Positions 40,999 through 48,316 of a stretch of 59,351 bases of DNA are shown piece by piece. Source of the stretch: an uncultured Eubacteriales bacterium. GTDB lineage: Bacteria; Bacillota; Clostridia; Oscillospirales; QAKW01. The notes under the pieces were generated by a model that was given only the letters and a program-made list of their open reading frames with translations, searched no databases and had not been told where the DNA came from. A program made the translations under genes and the position numbers. Where the stretch lies: positions 1-59,351 of the forward strand of contig CABULU010000004.1 in NCBI GenBank assembly GCA_902492505.1, in the 5' to 3' direction. Each line of letters starts with the position of its first letter. The first letter of the stretch is position 1.

Positions 40999-42819
40999 TT
41001 AACTAAAATATTTAATAATCTGTAAATAAAGATTTTCCATATCATCCGAATCACCCAAAATATAAACCGGCCGCTTATATAATTTTGTGAATTCACTCTT
41101 TCCCCAATTTTTTCTATCATTATCAATAGGTAATAAAACATTAGAACTATATTTTTCATCATGATCCATAGGAAAAACCGCAAGTGCTATCACATCACAG
41201 TCAGCACAGGATTCAATATATTTGATTGTTCTTTCTATGTACTCATTTTCATCAAATATATTTACACACAAAACTACTGCATCTGGCTGTATAGAAAGTA
41301 GAAATTCTGTTTGCGAAAAAGTATAGTTGTAAATGTTGCCAAAATCATAGGTAACAGTCCCAGATTGACAACCAGCAAGAATAATATCGGTATTCTTGCT
41401 AGAAATATCGTTTATAAGCGTATTCATATAGCTTATGGTGTTTTGTCGAAATATATTTGTTTTTGAATGATAACCAAAATGAAAGCAACCATCCATTCCA
41501 AATAGCCAAGCAGATGGTTCCGAACCAATCTGCCCTAGTTTATAATTATCCCTGAGGAATTTTTCTCTTAAAGTAAGCTGCAAAGTGAACTTTCCTTGCT
41601 TTGATGTCGTTCCAAAAATCCCTAGCATTGGAACCCATGGCCTGTAAAGAAGTCCAAATGGAATAGGAAAAACATCATCCAAATGAGATTTGGGATAATA
41701 TACCTTTTCCGGCGATAAGTTATGAATCTGAATGTATTCACCAATATCATCAAAACTATATATGTATTTCCCATTATTATACGCTTGTAAAATCAAATTT
41801 TCAACAAAGTGGCTGTCATTCAATAATCGGACAAGTTCATCTGTATGTCCCAAGATGAGCGTGTCAAACGAGTCCCAATCAATACATTCGATATTTTTAA
41901 TTATGAAATCCAAATTGTTGTTATCAATATTAAGTAGATTGTTAACCGAAGCATTAACTTTTGCACTATATTTGACATCATATACATCAACAATATTTAC
42001 ATGCAGTAATCGATGAAATCGAATTAAGCTGTGCATTTCTTTATTAAAGGGAAATATTGCCGCTTTATTATATTTCTCTAACGGAGGATTAGAACTAGAA
42101 CCCTTTAGACACCGAAAATAATGTCTCTTTTTTGCTAAGCTTGATAAATAGTCCATAGCGCTAACCATATTAATTTCTAATCCTGTATTAAGATAATGAG
42201 ACAGAATTCCAGATACATGAGCACAAGCGTAACTATTCCCTTGAGTAAATATGAAATTTGAATCTGTCCAATGAATTCGTTGTAAACCGCCTTTTGCGCA
42301 TACATTTACAATAGGATGGTTGGTTGTTTCAATATCCGTCTTTCTAATACAATCTGTACCTGATACAACACCAATAACATCTTCAAGCGCAGCTGGATAA
42401 GATACAGATTCTAGGTTATCAAAAGCTGAAACAATTACACACCCTCGCTCATTTAACTTTTTACAAATTAAATTCATTTGATTGTATCGTGTAGATATAT
42501 TAATCCCCAAACTCACATTAATTAACTTGCAATTAATATTGTTATAAATATAATCTAGGGCAAATAATAGCAATGACTCATCAATACTAAGGTTTTGTGT
42601 ATCGAATAACTTAATAAAATAAACGTCTGTGGTTTTATTATGAGAACGTATAATATTATAAATAGCTGTTCCATGCCCCACATCATCTTGAATATTATTA
42701 TTTACATAAATATTTCCATCAGATTTTGTAAACAAATGAATCCCGTTATATTTTTCATTTTTAGATGACACTATTCCGGAATCGATTATTACAATATCAC
42801 AACTGATTTTTTTTGGCAT
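40999..42819 (-). CDS. Fusion protein: subtilisin-like S8 peptidase domain + peptide-maturation-system domain with a deviant P-loop
   Basis: S8 triad motifs IIDSGI, GHGTA and GNSYACAHVSG. The C-terminal half carries FGTTSKQGKFTLQL...GQIGSEPS. GGGGGA RBS before the ATG at 42819. Confidence 0.75.
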   Translation of the reverse strand: MPKKISCDIVIIDSGIVSSKNEKYNGIHLFTKSDGNIYVNNNIQDDVGHGTAIYNIIRSHNKTTDVYFIKLFDTQNLSIDESLLLFALDYIYNNINCKLINVSLGINISTRYNQMNLICKKLNERGCVIVSAFDNLESVSYPAALEDVIGVVSGTDCIRKTDIETTNHPIVNVCAKGGLQRIHWTDSNFIFTQGNSYACAHVSGILSHYLNTGLEINMVSAMDYLSSLAKKRHYFRCLKGSSSNPPLEKYNKAAIFPFNKEMHSLIRFHRLLHVNIVDVYDVKYSAKVNASVNNLLNIDNNNLDFIIKNIECIDWDSFDTLILGHTDELVRLLNDSHFVENLILQAYNNGKYIYSFDDIGEYIQIHNLSPEKVYYPKSHLDDVFPIPFGLLYRPWVPMLGIFGTTSKQGKFTLQLTLREKFLRDNYKLGQIGSEPSAWLFGMDGCFHFGYHSKTNIFRQNTISYMNTLINDISSKNTDIILAGCQSGTVTYDFGNIYNYTFSQTEFLLSIQPDAVVLCVNIFDENEYIERTIKYIESCADCDVIALAVFPMDHDEKYSSNVLLPIDNDRKNWGKSEFTKLYKRPVYILGDSDDMENLYLQIIKYFS

Positions 42820-42888
42820 AACATCCCCCACAATATCATAAATGCACGTCACATTCGCAATGTTTTTTATTTTATAAATCTGTACTAC

Positions 42889-43044
42889 TTAGCACTTTTC
42901 TTTATCGTCGTTACATACATCATATGTACCACTGCAAGTTCCAAAAGTTCCTCCGCACTCACCAAAGGTGCCTAATAACTGGAAAGATTGCAATTGTACA
43001 GTTGAATACTTTATAGTTTTTTTTGTTGGTTTTTTTAATATCAT
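42889..43044 (-). CDS. RiPP precursor peptide A2 (51 aa)
   Basis: MILKKPTKKTIKYSTVQLQSFQLLGTFGECGGTFGTCSGTYDVCNDDKEKC. GAGGT RBS 8 nt upstream. Starts 13 nt after the A1 stop. Confidence 0.72.
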   Translation of the reverse strand: MILKKPTKKTIKYSTVQLQSFQLLGTFGECGGTFGTCSGTYDVCNDDKEKC

Positions 43045-43057
43045 AATTACTACCTCA

Positions 43058-43216
43058 CTAACATCTTGTGAAATTACCAGGGCAATTGACAAAATCGCCC
43101 GTGCAATGAAAATATTTGCCTGTGCACTCACCAAATACTCCCAGAAGATTAAAAGACATCATAGAAAGTTTTCCATATTTATCTACCTTCTTGAGAGGTT
43201 TTTTTAATTTAGGCAT
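43058..43216 (-). CDS. RiPP precursor peptide A1 (52 aa)
   Basis: MPKLKKPLKKVDKYGKLSMMSFNLLGVFGECTGKYFHCTGDFVNCPGNFTRC. AGGAG RBS. Leader and Cys spacing are shared with A2. Confidence 0.72.
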   Translation of the reverse strand: MPKLKKPLKKVDKYGKLSMMSFNLLGVFGECTGKYFHCTGDFVNCPGNFTRC

Positions 43217-43259
43217 GCTAACACTCCTTTCTGCGAATGTGAACATACATTTACTTCAA

Positions 43260-43511
43260 TCACTTTGTTTCATTCACCAATGAATCTATAAGGTGGACGA
43301 ACCCATTAAAAGAATTTAAAACTTCTATACGAAGATATTCATCTGGTATTTCAATATTTAATCGCCCTTCAATCGATACAATTAAAGAGATAAAAGTAAT
43401 GGAATCAATCCCAATATTTAAAAGATCAATATCTTCTGCGGTGGCATCAATAATCACTCCGAGATTTTCCATTTCTTCAATTAATATATTCCTAATATTT
43501 AATTCTTTCAT
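43260..43511 (-). CDS. Acyl-carrier-protein-like protein of the peptide maturation system
   Basis: 83 aa, acidic four-helix pattern with an ACP-type serine motif NIGIDSITFISL. Overlaps the rSAM stop by 20 nt. Confidence 0.72.
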   Translation of the reverse strand: MKELNIRNILIEEMENLGVIIDATAEDIDLLNIGIDSITFISLIVSIEGRLNIEIPDEYLRIEVLNSFNGFVHLIDSLVNETK

Positions 43512-44838
43512 TTGGATTCTCCTCTCTTTGTATAATAGCTTTTTTATACAGCAAAAGTAATTTTTCCATATAAATCGGTTTGGGACACGATCTTATGCCA
43601 TTATGCAAAATGTTTTTTTTAGGACATGCACCTTGAAAACACAAAACACTGAATGGACAAACCTCACATTTTTCACTATTCTTTTGATATGCTAGTAGCC
43701 ATTTTGACTCCTTTTCTTTATCAATATGCCATCCTGAATCATCTAAACGGCCAATGGCGGTCTCGGCACATGCAGTATCGCACTTTGATATAATTCCATC
43801 AGTGCTAATTGTATATTTGTACTTTCTTACAGCATTACACGTCAAACCACCGAAATATAAAGATACAAAATTATGTAACGAAAATGCAGTTGGATGTGAA
43901 AAAAGTGTATCATAAATTTTTTCCATTGCCGGTGGTGTCAATAATTCTGTACGAATCGTTTCAACTCTATCTCCTCCCCAATCATCTGCAAGACGTAAAA
44001 ACAAAGAAAAACGCGGATCTTTTCCAAATTCTTTTTCATAAAAAGAGAGATACTTAGTCAGGTTATCGAGAATAGATTTTGTGAGATTAGTTCTTATACA
44101 TACGTTTAAGTGGCGAAATTTTACTTTATGCCTTAAATATCTTAGGTTTTCGATTATTATATCAAATGTTGGTTCCCCATCCGCAAGTATGCGTTGATTG
44201 TCATGAGTATTGCTTAGGCCGTCGAGTGTTATATAATAACTATACACCTTTAATTTAAGCAAATCTTGTATGTTTTCGGGGGTTAAATAATATCCGTTCG
44301 TTGTAATCCCTGCCATATATGTCTTTCTTGCTCGTTTACATATTTCAATAATTTCCTGCGACATATGGGTTATAACATCCATGCCCATTAGTGGTTCTCC
44401 TCCAAACCAACTAATATATATACCAGAATATTTGTGGATAGTGTTGCGTATAAACTCGATAACTCCATTTTGTGTCGTCAAGCTCATTTTTTGTGTTTTA
44501 AAATCAAGAAAACAGTATTTACATCTAAAATTGCAATCGTTAGTTACATGAATAACTAATTGTAATTTATTACTGTAAATATAGTCTAATTGCAATAAGG
44601 AACGTTCTTTTTGTTCATCATATTCATATGGTATCAAAAAGCCTTTTTCAATCAGCGATTTGATAATAGGTGTGTGATCAACATCTTCAACACTAGACGC
44701 ATTTAGCAGCAACTTCACTTCATCTACATCACTCCCTGAAACAATATGAAAAGATTTAATGCCAAGCTTAAAATTAACAAGCAACAAATCTTGATTGTCA
44801 TTGGTGTAAAAATTAAATATTGACGGTTTATAACGCAT
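43492..44838 (-). CDS. Radical SAM / SPASM-domain peptide maturase
   Basis: CNFRCKYC (CxxxCxxC), SPASM-type CNAVRKYKYTISTDGIISKC (C-x14-G-x4-C) and CEVCPFSVLCFQGAC. The roughly 90-aa N-terminal extension is a candidate RRE. Confidence 0.9.
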   Translation of the reverse strand: MRYKPSIFNFYTNDNQDLLLVNFKLGIKSFHIVSGSDVDEVKLLLNASSVEDVDHTPIIKSLIEKGFLIPYEYDEQKERSLLQLDYIYSNKLQLVIHVTNDCNFRCKYCFLDFKTQKMSLTTQNGVIEFIRNTIHKYSGIYISWFGGEPLMGMDVITHMSQEIIEICKRARKTYMAGITTNGYYLTPENIQDLLKLKVYSYYITLDGLSNTHDNQRILADGEPTFDIIIENLRYLRHKVKFRHLNVCIRTNLTKSILDNLTKYLSFYEKEFGKDPRFSLFLRLADDWGGDRVETIRTELLTPPAMEKIYDTLFSHPTAFSLHNFVSLYFGGLTCNAVRKYKYTISTDGIISKCDTACAETAIGRLDDSGWHIDKEKESKWLLAYQKNSEKCEVCPFSVLCFQGACPKKNILHNGIRSCPKPIYMEKLLLLYKKAIIQREENPNERIKY

Positions 44839-44913
44839 TTATATCATCCTTTCGTTAAACATCACACTTTAATTTATTATGATACCCAAATGTGTTCGTA
44901 TATGGTCATTTTG

Positions 44914-44942
44914 ATTTTATTATTAAACTGTAAGTTGTTCAA
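44914..44942 (-). promoter_or_regulatory. Candidate sigma-A promoter for the RiPP operon
   Basis: On the minus strand: TTGAAC (44942-44937), 17-nt spacer, TAAAAT (44919-44914), about 75 nt upstream of the rSAM start. Confidence 0.3.
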
Positions 44943-45383
44943 TATCATGAATATATTCGTTGGTTTTTTCTACCTAATCGTTTAAAGATAGTCACACTTT
45001 ACACTATACAAGCATCTGCCTAATATGTTTAAAACAGTTTTTAATCAATTTGCGATATATCTTTTAAAACTAGATCACAAAATAGTTATCATCATAAGTA
45101 TATTTTGTAATTAACACCTTTTCTCTTATCAATAAAATCCTCAACTGTAGTACATATGATGCAACTTTCGAATATTGGTTTGTTCCAAGTATTTATAAAC
45201 AGAGTTTCAAAATACATTGAACATAATCAAATATCATAACATATGATTCAAAAATCACTGATAAGTTTTTATCAATGATTTCCAATGATAGAAATTCTTA
45301 ATAAACATACTATTCTGGCTGAATAAAGAGTTGGAATTGAGACGGGTATTTTTATGTAGATGGCTATGCTTTGGTAAAATAAT

Positions 45384-45412
45384 TTGACAAAATATTTAAT
45401 CTTGTGTAGAAT
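45384..45412 (+). promoter_or_regulatory. Candidate sigma-A promoter for the LytTR regulator/kinase genes
   Basis: TTGACA (45384-45389), 17-nt spacer, TAGAAT (45407-45412). Confidence 0.4.
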
Positions 45413-45440
45413 TAAAAAAGAATATGTAAAAGGAGTTTCC

Positions 45441-46148
45441 ATGAAAATTGCAGTTTGTGATGACTCATTTGAATTTCGCAAAGAGTTATTGGATAGAATA
45501 CAACAATCAATACCTATGTCAGAAGAAATTACTTTTTATGAGTTTTCATCATCAGAAGAACTTCTTGAATCTTATGATGATGAAATTCGATATGATATTA
45601 TTTTTTTAGATGTTGAAATGGCTGAAACTAGTGGTTTAGATGCAGGTATAAAAATTAGAACAATTGATAAAAAAGTAATTATTATTTTTGTTTCGAATTA
45701 TTCCAAATATGCAATCCCAGCATATGATTGTGAAGCATTTTATTTTGTTGTAAAACCCGTTGTGCAGAAAAAGTTTGAAAATGTTTTATCCAAAGCAATA
45801 GAAAAGTATAAATTAATTCATCAATATTATATTATAAAAAATAAATCTGGTATTCAAAAAATACCTGTAAAAGATATATTATTTATAGAAATTTATCGTA
45901 AGCATTTAATCTTTCATATGATTAACGGTAGATATGAAACGATCGGCAAGATTAGAGATGCTCTATGTCAGCTTTGTCAATACGGATTCTGTCAAGTTCA
46001 TCAGGGATATTTGGTCAATATGAATCATATTAAAGCTTTCGCAGGATACGACATAATTCTCGATAATGGGGAAAAGGTTATGATGAGTGTTAGAAAAAAA
46101 TCAGATGTACTAAGAATTTATGCTGATTATTTAGAAAGGACATTTTAA
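45441..46148 (+). CDS. agrA: LytTR-family response regulator (AgrA-like)
   Basis: Receiver domain (MKIAVCDD...IFLDVEM) plus a C-terminal LytTR domain (IPVKDILFIE...HQGYLVNMNHI). AAGGAG RBS. Confidence 0.85.
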   Translation: MKIAVCDDSFEFRKELLDRIQQSIPMSEEITFYEFSSSEELLESYDDEIRYDIIFLDVEMAETSGLDAGIKIRTIDKKVIIIFVSNYSKYAIPAYDCEAFYFVVKPVVQKKFENVLSKAIEKYKLIHQYYIIKNKSGIQKIPVKDILFIEIYRKHLIFHMINGRYETIGKIRDALCQLCQYGFCQVHQGYLVNMNHIKAFAGYDIILDNGEKVMMSVRKKSDVLRIYADYLERTF

Positions 46149-47446
46149 TGAATTTAAACCACATTGTTTTTTCAATATTTAACGGATTGTTATCTATATA
46201 TATAATTTGCTTTTTCTTTGGAACGTTTGTACCCAAAAAAGATTTTAAAAACAGAAATATACTGTTAATGCTCTTATCATTTGCTTTTGTGATTTCACTA
46301 ATTATTAATGCAAGTAAAGTGGTTAACTTTGTCATATTGTCATCATTAATATTGATTTTATCTTTCTTTTATGATACAAAGTGGCATAATCGGTTTTTTT
46401 TGAGCATCGCTAGTGTTCTTTTGTCTTCATTTTCAGAGTTAGTAGTTGCCATATTAAGTAGTTACATTTTAAAAGTTGATTTTCCAACATTAAAAACCGG
46501 GTATTATTTTCTCATAGGAATGTTATTATCTAAACTAGTAACATTTATTACAATTGCCATAATTAGATTAGGAAACCATTCTTTGCCTTTTAAAAAATTA
46601 GAAGGTGTATGGGCCTATATTATCTTATTACCTTTAACATCAATAATTTTTGTGTTTATGATTTCAGATTATATGTATACAATTGTTGATGATAAGGTCA
46701 AACAAACATTAACCATCGCCAGTGTTTTTTTGATTATAATAACAAACATACTTTTATTCTATGTTATTGATAAAATACGTGACTATTTTGTTTCTCAAAG
46801 TAATTTAGCTATAGCTAACGAACTTATTGAAAAACAAAAAATTACATATAAAAATTTATTTGATTCGCAAACTGAGATTAAGAAAATAAAACATGATTTA
46901 AAAAATGTCATGTATGGCATATTACATGAAATTGATACCAATAACATAGAAAAAGCCAAAAATTATATAAAACACAACTGTAATCTACTAGCCCCATCAA
47001 CTGTATCGTTTATTTCTGGAAATAGCATAATCGACACACTTATTTCTGCTAAAAACCAAGTGGCTAATGATTTAAATATTACATTGGATGTCGAAACAGA
47101 ACTGTCAACCCCAATATATTTGAATAGTATTGATTTTTCTGTTTTGTTTGGAAATGCAATTGATAATGCTATTGAAGCAACTCAGTCAGTAAAAACACAT
47201 GATAAAGTAATCAATATTACAATAATTACTAAAAATTCAAATTTACTTATTATTGTAAAGAATCCAGTGGACGCGAAAATTGATACACAGAATTTAGTGA
47301 CGACTAAAAAAGAGTTTGAACTACATGGTTTTGGAGTTTTACAAATGACGAATTTAGTTAAAAAATATGGTGGAGATATATTCTTCAAATGTGATGATAA
47401 ACAGTTTAAAACAACTATAATTCTTAACAACAAGGCAAACGAATAG
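46148..47446 (+). CDS. agrC: AgrC-like GHKL sensor histidine kinase
   Basis: About 6 N-terminal TM helices, H-box IKHDLKN, N-box FGNAIDNAIEA, G-box HGFGV. The start overlaps the regulator stop (TAATG). Confidence 0.8.
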   Translation: MNLNHIVFSIFNGLLSIYIICFFFGTFVPKKDFKNRNILLMLLSFAFVISLIINASKVVNFVILSSLILILSFFYDTKWHNRFFLSIASVLLSSFSELVVAILSSYILKVDFPTLKTGYYFLIGMLLSKLVTFITIAIIRLGNHSLPFKKLEGVWAYIILLPLTSIIFVFMISDYMYTIVDDKVKQTLTIASVFLIIITNILLFYVIDKIRDYFVSQSNLAIANELIEKQKITYKNLFDSQTEIKKIKHDLKNVMYGILHEIDTNNIEKAKNYIKHNCNLLAPSTVSFISGNSIIDTLISAKNQVANDLNITLDVETELSTPIYLNSIDFSVLFGNAIDNAIEATQSVKTHDKVINITIITKNSNLLIIVKNPVDAKIDTQNLVTTKKEFELHGFGVLQMTNLVKKYGGDIFFKCDDKQFKTTIILNNKANE

Positions 47447-47502
47447 GTCTTTAATTATTACACATAAGCATTTTATGTTGACATTTTCACTAAAAAATAT
47501 TA

Positions 47503-47536
47503 AAAAGGAGATACAATAATTTGTATCTCCTTTTTT
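47503..47536 (+). terminator. Strong hairpin plus T-run between the kinase gene and agrB (terminator or attenuator)
   Basis: Perfect 14-bp stem aaaaggagatacaa / ttgtatctcctttt, 4-nt loop, T-run, ending 10 nt before the agrB start. Confidence 0.65.
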
Positions 47537-47546
47537 GGTGAGTGTT

Positions 47547-48134
47547 ATGTATGAATTTTTGGCAAAAAATATAACAAAATTTTTTATTGATAAAAAAATC
47601 ATAGATAAATCAAAACATGAAATATACGAATATGGTTTTGAATTAATATTTTCTCAGACTGTTTATATTTTAATTATGATTTTTATATCAGTTTTACTTA
47701 ATTGTATTATTGAGTCAATCGTTTTTTTTCTTGGTTTTTATTTTTACAGAAAATTCTCGGGTGGATATCATGCCAAAACATATATTGGTTGTCATTTACT
47801 TTTTAGTATAAATCAATTGATTTTTATCTTAATTGAAAATATAGTCCTAGTTGAATATAGATATCTAATATCCATTTTAACTTTACTTTTCACTGCTATA
47901 ATTACTTACACCTGCTCCCCCATAGATCATCCCAATAAGCTTTTTACTGAAAAAGAATATTTTAGATATAAAAAATTAAGTAGGGCTTTTATTATTGTAC
48001 AGTTTCCGATTTCATTGTTGTTTTTACTACTCGATAAAAATAACATTCTTTACTTTTGTTTTTGTTTTGGCATATTTTCTGCAAGTATGTCATTATTATA
48101 TGCTTTCATAGAGAGGAGGTTAAAAAATGGATAA
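47547..48134 (+). CDS. agrB: AgrB-family autoinducer-processing membrane peptidase
   Basis: FYRKFSGGYHAKTYIGCHLLF has His and Cys 7 residues apart, as in the catalytic H77/C84 of S. aureus AgrB. Polytopic, about 195 aa. Confidence 0.85.
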   Translation: MYEFLAKNITKFFIDKKIIDKSKHEIYEYGFELIFSQTVYILIMIFISVLLNCIIESIVFFLGFYFYRKFSGGYHAKTYIGCHLLFSINQLIFILIENIVLVEYRYLISILTLLFTAIITYTCSPIDHPNKLFTEKEYFRYKKLSRAFIIVQFPISLLFLLLDKNNILYFCFCFGIFSASMSLLYAFIERRLKNG

Positions 48135-48276
48135 ACTCAAGAAGTTTTTAATTAAATACGGTACAGCTCTTTCTGCTTTTGCCCTTTTCATTGCCGGTTC
48201 ATCAATGGATTCTGCTTGCTTTATTTTCTATCATCAACCCAAAGTACCTACTGCAATGGATAGTTTCAAAAGATAA
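48127..48276 (+). CDS. agrD: AgrD-like autoinducing peptide precursor (49 aa; absent from the ORF track)
   Basis: MDKLKKFLIKYGTALSAFALFIAGSSMDSACFIFYHQPKVPTAMDSFKR. The ATG overlaps the agrB stop. The SAC-x4-HQP.VP layout resembles clostridial AgrD. Confidence 0.7.
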   Translation: MDKLKKFLIKYGTALSAFALFIAGSSMDSACFIFYHQPKVPTAMDSFKR

Positions 48277-48316
48277 AAGATAAAGAGGTCCCATTCAGGG
48301 CACCTCTTTATCTTTT
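48276..48316. terminator. Bidirectional terminator hairpin after agrD
   Basis: Perfect 14-bp stem aaagataaagaggt / acctctttatcttt. The right arm overlaps the 3' end of the convergent XRE gene. Confidence 0.6.

Noticed and set aside
40983-41183. 66-aa minus-strand ORF at the 3' end of the S8-fusion gene
   Set aside because: It is an out-of-frame overlap with a well-supported gene, and it has no RBS and no recognisable pattern.
42889-43216. Lanthipeptide interpretation of the Cys-rich peptides
   Set aside because: No LanB/LanC/LanM/LanKC/LanL-type gene is recognisable anywhere in the island. The only dedicated modifying enzyme adjacent is a radical SAM/SPASM protein.
42889-43246. The full-length ORF-track versions of the two small peptides (81 aa and 62 aa)
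   Set aside because: The long forms overlap each other by 77 nt and add hydrophobic or odd N-termini. The internal ATGs at 43216 and 43044 each have a proper Shine-Dalgarno sequence and give two homologous leaders of equal length.
47478-47506. TTGACA-17-TAAAAA as a dedicated agrBD promoter
   Set aside because: The -10 lacks the critical final T, and transcription would start inside the 47503-47536 hairpin. It was kept only as a remark because the evidence is too weak for a feature call.
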